A stretch of DNA of 64,000 bases from Tubulanus polymorphus (lineage: Eukaryota; Animalia; Nemertea), in the NCBI RefSeq assembly GCF_964204645.1, contig NC_134025.1, positions 11,532,001-11,596,000 of the forward strand, written 5' to 3'. The stretch's first letter is position 1. Every line of letters starts with the position of its first letter. Under the pieces are notes generated by a model, which was not told the origin of the DNA, searched no databases, and was given only the letters and a program-made list of their open reading frames with translations. Positions 39,901-51,000 of this stretch are shown here, piece after piece. A program made the position numbers and the translations under genes.

Positions 39901-40086
39901 AGTTTTGGGCATTGCAAAGAAGCTATCACCATACGAGCTGGTATTAACACCAACAAATTGGTTTCTTTTCCCACCGTTTACATGTACTTTGATGCTTTTG
40001 TCGATGCACATGTAAGTTTGAGCTAGGTTCCTCATTTCCACACTAGAATTCATTTTTTCTTCCATCGTATGATCCAGATACTGCAT
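36907..40086 (-). CDS. Uncharacterised ~1059-aa largely disordered nuclear protein, LRIF1-like C-terminal coiled coil
   Basis: 3.18-kb open frame; ATG at 40086 with an in-frame TAA just upstream; acceptor ttttcag at 40131-40137 implies a non-coding 5' exon. Basic NLS-like KRRYRHSNWRQRKPR, four psi-K-x-E motifs, C-terminus ERISKLRELLNEKQRTLDELRK. Gene existence is well supported; the family call is tentative. Confidence 0.85.
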   Translation of the reverse strand: MQYLDHTMEEKMNSSVEMRNLAQTYMCIDKSIKVHVNGGKRNQFVGVNTSSYGDSFFAMPKTGIRNYNGVQLQTGHPVKQNAGTKMVWTLASENNAISAALKAKNVCPNGSSVAQRMPMKIIKCLRPEKQIDKCDSNDSVRMPAQSSSNVGQSFVNSAATSSTKTSANVVEHLRKVIVHPPQSRWLTKKSKTVTVREKKLIPIIIRGEDGKLNWHMSKCSTSNIAPQSGKSMNNLISSTNDGNLRRTTADKPAVPTRLNFDNNKTVSSQYLQNKGSQGSRVWYTMKKSTEDGKSIILLIPGEKPRGINSAVSERSLVVTADKPNADAHNAIATGTQSRLSRGEVSASALNRSVVSTTNVTSSTGQQSFCAIPSLPNTADAHSPTADKRFQEVKQNGRTVFVRLNVANTNVTSHTITSNRTSISSSQVVSRPTVTYPGTSDIQKNDVRLKNSCIERDPKPLRQPLSDNHKPVARDSTVQQQRRLNDLELDSNVQPRCSAPVSVLAYQSLIHSDQSSGSAPCVEAVENDLGLRIDAVYSLAASASSVNQNASEGIIEESVQHRLKMPVSEKSQSKVKVKMQLDSTTDRTKKPSCVCKLAFEEIARRKEAETYIMWHRRCSVRLTDISKALAGKSKVHARNRELLKFNKRRYRHSNWRQRKPRYDTVRPDETYVITCDDPLQLKVKMASPRYARCSRCVVRSSECDDDGESCLCSGCLEKRICCESSNTKIKLSGQFKAKLIDVLMTMKNSKDHRKCIKFTDRGKNIRYGWILSDLDVALHVDDADFLKRNFKLLAVNNGHFLLDKTHYARMCAEMVRIIKAYRNESSSESELKHDDGGASRDGATSSLVSLVNDLSSIMSQNDNRMSVGTTEKAPSVAVPNVQPAVNDAAITCNHGDTHVRNNHRQESSVTVKKEPSSDSDAISSDEVSRKREAENVVDSASSEKKIKHEPADDSDRIEKNFWPTCYACKNNVKPEPVDGGLSYESIKSEPGLNECSGNDAHVFQEFRGDCVTNGDVDNDDDEDTNLAGLDGIERISKLRELLNEKQRTLDELRKQCLNAN

Positions 40087-40189
40087 CAATTTAACTTTGT
40101 AAACAGTCAGTTAATCAATCGGCTTGAAAACTGAAAATAGAAAATTTCAAACTATCATCTAGCGAAGAAAGAAGGGAAGAATAGCCGCG

Positions 40190-40460
40190 ATCACACAGAG
40201 ACAATTTGGCCATTGGCACGGATCAGGCCAGAGTCAAATTTGGCCCATGCCTAATTAGAGAGCGCGCTCACGTGCAAACCACTGACTTGATCCCTCAAAC
40301 AATGAGTCATATCTAGAACCAGTTGCAATTTAAATGCAATCATTTTTCCTGTGCTAAAATTTGACTCGGGCCTGGTCCGACGTTTGTGGTCAAGCCAAAC
40401 GGGCCCATTTGGTACCTAGTCCTATGTGAACAGTGTTGTTCCGGGCCAAGTCAGCGCCAG
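40190..40460 (+). repeat. Dispersed repeat family C
   Basis: ggcacggatcagg..gagtcaaatt.ggcccatgcctaattagagagcgc..gtgctaaaattt; other copies ~4835-5000 (+), ~13740-14325 (-, interrupted), ~17035-17190 (+), ~32967-33175 (-). Confidence 0.8.
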
Positions 40461-40879
40461 GGATTCAAACCTGATGGCATTGAGACGTACAACACCTGAA
40501 TAGACCTATTTGCCCATCTTACCCAGAAAAAGACTTGTGGTACCGATCAGATGCCTGTTGTAGGCCTATAGATTGGCTAATGATGATGATGATTTCATGG
40601 CTAAGGGCGTAAATAGCTGACTCACTGGGCTGATCAGGCAGGGGTTTTTTCTGTGATGGCAGAGTCTAGCGCGACGCCATCCGAATTCCTGTCGAGGGAC
40701 GATGATCACATCGATTCATGATTGGCCAAAATAGGTACCTTCACACTCATTACACGTAAGAATTGAGTAAAGCTCCTTTGTAGTGTACATTTCTCACTAC
40801 ATCGAGCCGAGGGCCAATATAACTGGTGAACTTACTGCAGTTAACTAAGGGACTACACAAGTTCCTACACTTTACACAA

Positions 40880-40965
40880 GATCCTACACTTCAAATGAAC
40901 AGCACAAGAAAGTCAAAATATGGCGACCAGGCATTTTCAGCCATAGGCCTGAAATCATATTCCAA
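40880..40965 (+). mobile_element. Degenerate L2-like LINE remnant
   Basis: TRKSKYGDQAFSAIGLK resembles the YGDRAFSxxGP motif of the L2 ORF2 C-terminus. Confidence 0.4.
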
Positions 40966-41899
40966 CAACAGGAAAGCTATCACCAACAATGGGCATATTC
41001 AAAACATATTCTTTAACGATTATTCTTTGATATCTAGAAGATTTGGGTGCAATCGGCCACGGCAACGTTTCAGACCTCGGGCCAGGGCATACCTGGGCTC
41101 GTTTCATGCCAAATTTTAAACCCACTAGATTTTTGTCACATTAAGACCTCATCATGAGATCCAGAGCCTCTACTATGCATCCGGATAGAGATTACTTAAG
41201 CAACTCAGTAAACTCGCGTTCGACAGACACGTATGGTGCAAATAGAATCGCACTGCAACCTGAATTTTGTGCGATTGAAAAGGCAACCATTTTGTATTTT
41301 GGTCTATCGCCGAACGCACAGGCACCATCTAGAAATCCAAACCAACTCGTCTGTACGGAAGAGTTGGCTGCGTATGGTACCGGTACCCAAAATATGGTAA
41401 CTCGCCTTAAAGCAAAAAATTTGTAGGCAGCGTACACTGTTATAACGCCTCTTCTAGGATTTAACACTTCCACCCTCTTGGTTGTACGAGCACATCGTGA
41501 TGATGTTGAGCTTAGCCTCAGCTTAGCCTTCTCGATTTTTTTGCATTTTTTGACCCAACATTAACACTAACAATAACAATGAACAAGAAGAAGTGGTGTC
41601 GGTGTCCACTCTGAGATTTTTATATGGGGTTTAACAATCAGCCTCATACATTTTACATTTCTACGTTAATTAACTGGTCAATCAATCTCCTACTGCGAAT
41701 CGAAGTTTTCTAGTGAGTTGTCATTCATTTTTCAACTATCCGGTACCAACTATCCTCAATTAATTTGAAGGGGGCTGGCAGGTTGAAGCAAAATGAAAAT
41801 TCCATGGCCGAAAGTTTTACCAACTTCTAATAACGTCAAATCATATATGGTCAAATGAATAACTTAAATAATTCTTCAAAACGAAAAATTATCTCTTAC

Positions 41900-42091
41900 T
41901 TTTTATCGTGTTTTTGCAATGAAAAAACTTATCGAAATATTTCGAAAAATTCCATATTTAACAGAAATTAGTACAGCTGCAACGAACAATTTTGTCAAAA
42001 AGTAAACGCGTGCCGATTTTTCGATTTTCTGCCTGAAATTACCATTTCAGCGCTTCAACTCAGTCGGCTTTAGTTGTCATCGTTTCAAACT
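41900..42091. promoter_or_regulatory. Putative bidirectional promoter (LRIF1-like gene / POLR1C)
   Basis: Minus-strand donor gtaaga at 41894-41899 and the POLR1C ATG at 42092 are <200 bp apart; locally CpG-containing. Confidence 0.5.
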
Positions 42092-42157
42092 ATGATGAAA
42101 GATCGAATCGAAACTATACGAAGCCGTGTCGAGTTGGAAGAGCATGGTGTTTCTAAT
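42092..42157 (+). CDS. POLR1C: POLR1C exon 1
   Basis: [22 protein letters not shown]|gtaagc. Confidence 0.9.
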
Positions 42158-45100
42158 GTAAGCTTATGTAACTTGACAGTCCCAAACTACTTCTATTTTT
42201 TACCCCGACGCTAACACTCAAGAAAATTAGGCCTTCCAAATCAAATGATATGTCTCTTGAGTCCTGAGAAGAAAAAAGTGTCTTGTGCTGTACGTGTGCC
42301 AGTGGTATCAATCCTATTCACAGAATGCCAGTGGCCTAAAAAAAACAAGATGGCAGCTATTTCAACCCCAGAAAATTAGCGGTCCTCCTTATTACCGAGA
42401 TGACATGAAATATAACATATTGATTTATTCCTTATCGATTGTAACACTTGAAATCATGTTTTATCAGTAATAAATGCCTTCTAGAGTCATATTTTATAAT
42501 GGTTTTATTACGGTACTTATACTCTTAGAATATTCTAGTGGCTGCAAGCACTGTAGAAACCATGATCAGAGTACCCCTACCAGCGGGTCATCCTTATTAC
42601 CGAGATGACGTATTTTACCGAGATGAACCGAGATGAAATGAAATATAGCATATTTATTTATTCCTTATCGATTTTAACACTTGAAATCATGTTATATCAG
42701 TAATAAATACCTTCTAGAATCATATTTTACATATTTTTTTTATAAAAAAAAATTTTGACTTCAAATACGTAAACTCGGTTAGCAATAAAATTTCATTGAA
42801 TTTGATTGATCAACGATCTCATCTCGGTAAAGTTAAGTTATTTTTCTACAAAAATATCCCACAAAATATGTAAAATATGACTCCAGCAGGCATTTATTAC
42901 TGATATAATATGATTTCAAGTGTTAAAATCGATAAGGAATAAATAAATATGTTATATTTTATTTCATCTCGGTTCATCTCGGTAAAATACGTCATCTCGG
43001 TAATAAGGATGACCGCTACCAGCAAGGTACAGCGAGAAGAAAATTAATATGCTTACCTGAACACCAAATTATTCTAGGGAGATAATGAGGCTCCCTCTTG
43101 ACGTTGCTTAGCGGCTAGTTAGTTGTGTATCTATTCAATGACTTGTGTGGCTCTGATATTATCCTATTCAGAGATCAACAGGTGGATTCCTGAGGGACTC
43201 TTTTGTTTTGGCATTAATTTAGGACGTCCATCGTAGAAACTTTGATTCTGATTTTGTTTTCACAACTGATTACCCACCAGCCACAATCATGCATTATTTT
43301 ATTGGACTACATTTAGTATGCTCTATGATCCAGGAATGATACAAAAGATTTTGCTTTCAGACACACAGTTCGGATTTCCCTGGCAATTACGAGGGTTACG
43401 ACGATTCATGGAACATAAAGAAATTTGAAGAGGTAAGAATGTGCGATAAACTGGGTCACTAAAGCAACTCTACGGTTGCGAGTGAGTCTTAAGTTTTAAA
43501 AGTGTTTCCTTCAGGTTGGTTGCATAAATCAGATGAATGTACGAATATCTCATTTTACAAGTACTTGATGATTCTGGTCATGAGATTATGCTGTGATTGT
43601 AGACTACCCTGCAAATAGCTAGGAAAGCGCTTTCTTCTGGGTCAAAAAAGTGCTTACTTTTTCCTTAACCTCTCTTACTGCCGGTAACTCTGACCACATG
43701 GTATTTTCAACTGCAAAGCCCTCATTATGAAACCCAATCAATAAAACTACTCACAAACAGTATACTCACAAACTCCTCATATGCGACCAGGGCTCAGTTG
43801 CTCAAAAGTCGGTTAAGATAACCGGCTGATAAACTGAAATACCATAGTAACGATGAACTTTAAATTGTCACTATGTCAACTATCCACTAACCCTAACCAA
43901 CTTTTCAGTAACTGGCCCCTGAATAGTATGTCACTTCTTAACTGTTGCGGTGTTTTTTCTTTTTTTTTAGAAATTCAGAGTTGAAGTAGTCAAGCTGACT
44001 GAGAGGGAAATGGAGTTTGATATGGTTGGGATTGATGCCGCGATCGCGAATGCATTCAGGAGGATCTTACTGGCCGAGGTTAGTAAATTATATATTTTGA
44101 ACACATTCGTTTAACAAACATCCTTATGTGGTCAATTTTCTATGTGTTGCAAATTCAGTTAGTGATAAATTCTCTCAGATTGTTAAGATAAGAAATTCTC
44201 TTTAAGATAACCATAAATGATGTTTTGCAGGTTCCAACGATGGCTGTGGAAAAGGTCTTCATTGAAAATAACACATCAATTATTCAAGATGAAGTACTCG
44301 CACACAGACTGGGACTGATTCCTATATACGCTGATCCACGTTTGTTTGAATACAAAACACAAGGTATACGACCATTTTGTTGTAAAAACCTTTATTTCAG
44401 TTTCAGTTTCGGTTATCTCTGTAAGGGCGTATGGTGAAGATTACCTGGAGCTTGTGCAGATGAACTGAAGACGAAAGTAAAAGAATATCTGTGCGCCAAG
44501 GTGAAGGCAATCTGGTAGTCTGTGCTCAGTTCCAGTGAGAAGGACACAACTTTGCATGTATGGGAGCCCTACGATACTGCTGCACCATTGGTTCCTGGTA
44601 TCATAGGAAAGTGGAAATAATGATGCCAATGCTTCTCTTAGGAAAGTGATAAGAACATAATGTGCTTGTAAATGTAAAAAAAATATTTTAGTCCTCCCTC
44701 CTCCCAGCTTGGCTTTTTATCTAGTGTAGCATTTTAAGATGGAGTCACCTCCAGTGACTGCACCACTGGTCCATTTCTCTAAAACTCCAGCTAGCTAAGC
44801 AATGGCTATGTACATCAGAAATACCAATTTCAATACTAATTAAATAATTGTGATATTAAGATAATAAGTTGCCAGCCCATTGAGATAATCAATTTCTTGC
44901 CCCTCTCGTAGATGAGGCAGAAGGTACAGGCGACGATACAATCAGTTTTCAACTGAAAGTTCGATGTACGAAAAACCCCAGTGCAGCTAAAGATGCCACT
45001 GATCCAAACGAACTATACAAGGACCATAAAGGTAAAAAATCCTTTGTTTCTGTTATCTATAGAAAATTACCATTTTAACTCATCTTAAGCTTTGCTCTCT

Positions 45101-46914
45101 TTTCATATTTTTTAGTCTTCACGAGTCACATGAAGTGGGTTCCGATGGGAAGTCAAGCAGACTTGGTATGTGCTCATTATTTTTCCTTTGCCGTTTATGG
45201 CTCCATCATTTTCCGTGTGAGTTCAAATTATGGACCTAGAAACCATTTTGAATCTTAAAACCTTTTTGATCACCAAGATGAGTCCAAAACTGATTTATTT
45301 GAGACTGGAGGTCAAGTTGTGAATTATGTTTTAAGGGAAAACAAGTGAAAAGTTCTCTTTTGATAAAAATTGCATCAATCAAGTTTCTGTTTCACCAATG
45401 ACAGTTGCTCGAATCACCCTTATCTAATACACATACTATGAAGAGGACACTTTTAGACCCTGTTGTACCCTCGCATCTATTTTAATAGTTTTAACTAAAG
45501 GACCAACATCTTTTTAGTCTGATAAACCGCTACACCTGTTCTGTTCTTGATGATGTGACTTGGTGTATTTCAGTTTAAAGAGGGTGATATAAGACCAGTC
45601 GAAGATGATATATTAATTGCCAAACTTAGACCTGGTCAGGCAAGTACATATAATCATCTGTTATTCGTGATCGTGGATAAGTGAAACTATGAAAATAGTC
45701 TATATGTTTATGAATTGTTCTTCTGTTTGTTTCAGGAGATCGATGTTACTATGCACTGTGTAAAAGGCATCGGACAGGACCATGCAAAATTTTCCCCTGT
45801 TGGTAAAGGCTCATGCACATAAAAAAACTCGTAATATGTTTATGTAAATTGATTGAAATTCATACAGTTTAGTAAATATTTCTCTGAATATTTATCGATT
45901 TTACAGCCACTGCATCGTATCGCCTGCTACCCGAAATCATTCTTGCGAAACCAGTCAAAGGGGAGCGGGCAGAAAAACTGAAGAAATGTTTCGCTCCGGG
46001 AGTCATTAAAATCGAAAATATTGGAGGTAAGAACATAATTTGATGCCAAATATTCTCATCATGTATTCTCTTTGTTTGTGACTGTTTATTCATTGATTAA
46101 AGGGAAATGTGAGAATGATAGATTTATGAACTGCTACAAAATGTGCCCTCTCCACTCGATTAGCTTATTTCAGTTCATAGTATTGTCATTCTTAAGTTGA
46201 TCAAGAATGCTTCTTCAATAAAAAGAAAAATGAAAATATTCTGGACTGTATTCCAGTGTGTATTTTGACTCTTCGCAGGTGAAAAAGTAGCGAAGGTCAT
46301 TGATGCTAGACGAGATGTGTGTAGCAGAGAAGTATTACGACATGATGATCTGAAAGACTGTGTCAAACTTCATCGAGTGCGCGATCACTTTATTTGTAAG
46401 TCATTTACCAGTAAAATTTCTGGTTTTCAACCGCTTGGCTAGTAGGCCCGGAAGGGTATTTTCATCGCCGTCGTCCATCTGGGTGGTCATCCATTTTCTC
46501 ATAACTTGGTATGTAGATTATGGAAGGAAGGAGGAAGAGCCCTATTGTTTTGACTTATGTATATACCGGTACATTATGCGAGATGGCTGGCACAGCCAAA
46601 TTTGTAGAGCCTTCATATTTAGGGGCTAGTGTAGCTCTAGTCTAGTTTGTCTATCCCTTGAGAGACTTCTTGATTTATGTCTGGATCTTACTAGTTCGAT
46701 ACATTATGTTTTTCAAAGTCAACGAGCTTATTGCTACCAGAGGTTATCTCATCTTTATTTCAGCTCAGGTATTATGTTTTTCCTTTATTTTACAGTTTCT
46801 GTGGAATCCACTGGAGCTTTACCACCCGATGTCCTGGTCTCTGAAGCCATTAAAATCCTAATGGCGAAATGTCGTGCATTTATTCAAGAACTGTCTAAAG
46901 TTGAGGAGACTTGA
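42092..46914 (+). CDS. POLR1C: DNA-directed RNA polymerases I and III subunit RPAC1 (AC40), 345 aa, 11 exons
   Basis: Exons sum to 1038 nt in frame; motifs [80 protein letters not shown] match recalled human POLR1C along its length. Confidence 0.97.
42585..43015. mobile_element. Long-TIR foldback element (MULE/Merlin-like) in POLR1C intron 1
   Basis: ~150-bp TIRs ggtcatccttattaccgagatgacg.. / ..cgtcatctcggtaataaggatgacc; ctaccagc on both flanks; extra degenerate left arm ~42381-42500. Confidence 0.85.
43361..43432 (+). CDS. POLR1C: POLR1C exon 2
   Basis: [24 protein letters not shown]|gtaaga. Confidence 0.95.
43788..43921. mobile_element. PIF/Harbinger-like MITE
   Basis: cagggctcagttgctcaaaagtcggttaag...ctaaccaacttttcagtaactggcccctg; related ends at ~18230-18258 and ~22105-22370. 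Confidence 0.6.
43971..44078 (+). CDS. POLR1C: POLR1C exon 3
   Basis: [36 protein letters not shown]. Confidence 0.96.
44231..44363 (+). CDS. POLR1C: POLR1C exon 4
   Basis: [44 protein letters not shown]. Confidence 0.97.
44912..45031 (+). CDS. POLR1C: POLR1C exon 5
   Basis: [40 protein letters not shown]. Confidence 0.95.
45116..45165 (+). CDS. POLR1C: POLR1C exon 6
   Basis: [17 protein letters not shown]. Confidence 0.93.
45574..45639 (+). CDS. POLR1C: POLR1C exon 7 (GC donor)
   Basis: [22 protein letters not shown]|gcaagt. Confidence 0.92.
45736..45802 (+). CDS. POLR1C: POLR1C exon 8
   Basis: [22 protein letters not shown]. Confidence 0.96.
45907..46026 (+). CDS. POLR1C: POLR1C exon 9
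   Basis: [40 protein letters not shown]. Confidence 0.96.
46279..46395 (+). CDS. POLR1C: POLR1C exon 10
   Basis: [39 protein letters not shown]. Confidence 0.96.
46796..46914 (+). CDS. POLR1C: POLR1C exon 11
   Basis: [39 protein letters not shown]. Confidence 0.96.
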
Positions 46915-46924
46915 TATACAATAG

Positions 46925-46930
46925 AATAAA
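46925..46930 (+). terminator. POLR1C poly(A) signal
   Basis: AATAAA 10 nt after the stop codon, followed by T-rich sequence. Confidence 0.6.
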
Positions 46931-47670
46931 TTTGTTTCTATAAAAAGTCAAGCATTAGTTTGAATGAATGTCATCTTTGCGTCTATTTTTGTTGGTCTAT
47001 CGTGAGGTCCAGTTTCACAAACATGTTAAAATGAAATGTTTGATTTAGTTGTCATTACTTACGTCATGGTTTCAATAAGTGCAACATTTGAATTCTAACA
47101 GTTTTAAACATTTTTGTGAAATTTTTCCCTGGGTCTAGTTTCATGAAGAAGTTACTTTCAAATTTTGCCGCTCCCCGTTTTGATGGGATTTTTGGGTTTC
47201 TTATGATCAGTTAAGTCCCATCTATACAGATCTTGGTTATTCCACTATGTTGCAATACTGTCCGATCAAGATCTTCAACAAGGAAAAGAAAAATATACTT
47301 ATTGGGTTATCAACTGAAGATCATGGTAGCTAATGACGATTCAAAATCATTGTGTGGTGGTGAGGATAATAAATGCCAGTACGGTAATCCCAATTCCATG
47401 TGAATCGTTGAATATCGAGACTGCAAGTTCAAACCTGTTGACATTTTTGCCCAAAAAACTTCTCCAAATACGAAAGGGAACTGATGAAACTAAGATGGCT
47501 GTTGGCTGCATCAAAACCGACCTACCTGATATGTTCAAGGTCTCCTATCAAAGTATGCCCATCTTTTTCCACAACCACATTGATTTCAATGGGCCAGGTT
47601 TTGGCCTATGTGTCTACGGTAGAAACATGCACATACATAAACCAAATATCAAGACCATACAAGCCATGTA

Positions 47671-48097
47671 CGGTCAAAGCTCGTTATACCGCCAAATTCA
47701 CCTATCACCAAGAATTTCCTTGTGCACAGTTCATTTGGTATCTATTTGAATGTAAATAGCACTCGTTATACCACATCTCACCCTCCACTATAACGCCAAT
47801 GAAATCGTAGAACGTTAATATTCAAAATCGTAGAGAAAACATTCGTTATACTGCCAACAATATTGTGTCAACGTTTCCATCTTTGGGTTAAGAATTGATA
47901 TCGTCGGCAGTATCACACATTGAGCTAAGACCTTTATACTTTCCTGATATAAGATCAACTTATGTCAAATATTGTCTAATTCTGGATTTGGTTAAAAGTC
48001 ATGTCTTGTATACTATGTCAACTCTCATGATCGTCATTTTGTTATACCGCCAAAATTTTGACGGTCCAGGGGCTGGCGTTATAACGAGCTTTGACTG
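47671..48097. mobile_element. Tc1/mariner (pogo-type) non-autonomous element
   Basis: ta-CGGTCAAAGCTCGTTATA...TATAACGAGCTTTGACTG-tg. Confidence 0.7.
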
Positions 48098-51000
48098 TGA
48101 AAAATTAAGAGTCTGTCAACGATTGGACAAAATACAATACCTGGTGGGGCTTCGTCCCAAGTGGGCTAAAAAGGCCATACATTACATACACTTCCATACA
48201 TTCTAAGATCATGACGAATAGATGTGCCGCTTCTGGGTGATAAATAAAAACCAAGAACTTTAAAACTACATGAAGCATTTTTTTCAATCTCGTCCATTTA
48301 TTGCTAGGAAAAGACTTGTATTAAAAAGTTTTGAATAAGTATACAACTACACACTAGGTGTCATTTCATGTGAATTCCTCATCTTTAACATCATGATTAT
48401 TATATTAAGTCCATTATGCTGTTTAGGCTCTCTTGGAGTAGCTTATGTACACTATATATACTAACGTTAAGCCATACCTTTACTGGAATAGCGCCGAAGT
48501 CTTTCAATGTGATCTCCCAACATGTATAAATGACCGACGGTATAGCTGCATCCTAATCCCACAGTTCAGTTTTTTGTCCCGACTTAATCAGAGTAGGCCA
48601 TGTCACAGTAAGGCAAGGTTTACTGTATACGAGTTAAGATAAGAAACTTGTCACGTTCAGTTATCAAAAATTTCAATATCAACTGACAACCATGGAACTG
48701 GGTCGTAACATATCAATACATTTCGTTTGTTCAAAGCCAACAATGAGGATAAAAAACTTCCCAGTTTCCCTCGTAAAAGTGTGTAAATAGGGAAAATGAC
48801 AAAATTGTTCATACATGTACATAATTGTTATGTATACAGAGATTATGTATGGGCGTCTGTCAACTGGGCTTTCTAAAACTTCAATTATCATACCTATTGA
48901 GCATCACATTGAAAGAAATCGCACTACGCCTAATTCTTCTAAGTCTAAATTTTACCCTGCTAAAATAAAGAGCGTGACAAAGTTCATGTGGTGCTAAAAT
49001 CGTCACCACCACACTGTTACAGTCGCGGTACGGTAAAAATCAACTTCTTCATGAACATCTTTAATTAATCTACTGGCCAAATGAATCGATTTAGATTTGA
49101 TAAAAATTCTACCGGTACTCGTTTTCTGAACAGATCGAAATTCTGACTGACCGAATCAGTATTGCAGCATTGAGCAAGGCAAGTCAATGAATTAAATCAT
49201 ATTTTTTTGCAAGTGATAAATGCCTCTTACCCAAACCATAACTTACACCTTTACTTAATAACTATGTCTACAGGAGTCTTAATTTGTTAAAGAAAGGGTT
49301 TTTGCACTTGTTACTCGAGATAAAGGATTATTACTCCCGTGTAGACGAAGCTTTACAGTAAAATATTCTTAGAAATGTTTTCTTTTAAATAACAAGCAAT
49401 TCAGTAGAGATTCTTGTTTCGAAATAACATAAACCATCATTAGCACGTGTCAATAGTTGTAAATGCGTTAAGACACTGTCGGTTCAGATTTTTTTCACAA
49501 TCATCAGATCTTCTTCATGTAGGTTACCATACATAATAAATTGAGCTCTCGGTTGAGAATAAGCCATGACACAGTTTTCTTTTTTTAAATATAAATCTGA
49601 CTAACAAAGTAGATAAATTCAGTGAGCATTGTACATGTATATCGCATCATCGTACTAAAATTTCACTGTATATTTATCACATCACAATCGATTAAAGCCT
49701 GCATGATCACAATTTGAGTAAATGAAAAAGTGGGCCCAATTTCCATAATCATATCCTATTCAGCAATAAGTACATGTAGATTGATGAAAATGTCAGACTT
49801 CAGAGTATCAGATCACTTAGTTTCTATTACTAAATAGGGCTAGATTTCGAGTTTTGAAGCTAGTTAAAAGGGACCAAAATAGTGTGTCTGTGAAGAAAAG
49901 TTAACTTTTTTTTATACAGGAATCTTAACTGCTTTCAACCCATTCCCTAGCTCTATATCACTGAGGTGCAAGAGTTAAAAAAATTAAAGTAATTTTTAAA
50001 TTTAGTGTCGAGTTCTACATCATTTTCAAATGCAATTTCTTCTTATCTACAAGCCATATGAGAGGTTGAACAAATTTTTTGTATATTTATCTTAAGTACC
50101 GGTACATGAAGGCAGCATTTGATCCATATCTGACTGTGCATAGAATAATATCAGACTGAAGCCATAAACCATAATAGTGCTGATAATGTGGCTATATATA
50201 CCTTTGAGAGATTCAATACCGTACAAGCACGTCGTAAAACTTTGCACCTTTTTTGAATTATCATCTGTGCTATGAACAAAAAGAAATAAATAATTTATGT
50301 AGTCGATATGTTTCCCTATGAACGCAAAAAATCTAAACAGCGGAATATTGGGGCAATGGTTATAGCCACGTGAAGACATCCAATCAACTCTCAATGAAGG
50401 AAATCGAGATATCTGTTCTGGCCGGGAAGCAATGACCAATTGATGTTTTCTAAATGTCGAAGCTACTCTTATTGGCCCATTTAGAACGGTTTAAGAAAAC
50501 TAACCAATCAAAACTTCACTAGCCAAAAAAATTACGATCCTCATTCAACATGAAATTTACACTTAGCTTTTCGATCACGTTCGAAAAGAATAAAAATGTA
50601 TAATTTCATTGAGAAATAACGGCATAATTGCATTGACCCAATGCTAAATACATAAGATCCCAGTATGCAAAACTTAAATGTTAAAGAACTTTTGTAAAAT
50701 CCAGAACCCGGTAATCGTATTAAAAGAAAGCGTCATCTACTAGTTTTTAAAATACAAGTCATCACGTTTAAACAGCTTGAAAAAGGAAAATCGGGCACAT
50801 TCCTCTTTAAAATTAAATACACTGATAAAATCAATATTTTCAATCAATACACAATATACATAATAAAATAAAAATACAACAAAGCCATTCAAGAAATTTT
50901 TCATTTTTGAGTATTCGTAATTCTAAAAACATTTAGAATCATTGTAAAAAGCGTGCTATATCCACTCGGGGTAAAATGTCATGTCATGATCAATCGACTT

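Noticed and set aside
40579-40635. C/D-box-like ATGATGA..CTGA
   Set aside because: Short, antisense to the host intron, and the C box is part of a (GAT)n run.
43887-43896. CTAACCCTAA, resembling a telomerase RNA template
   Set aside because: Lies in the terminal arm of a MITE; no pseudoknot or H/ACA context seen.
47333-48206. ORFs of 91-138 aa between POLR1C and PTK7
   Set aside because: Overlap a pogo-type element; no domain recognised.
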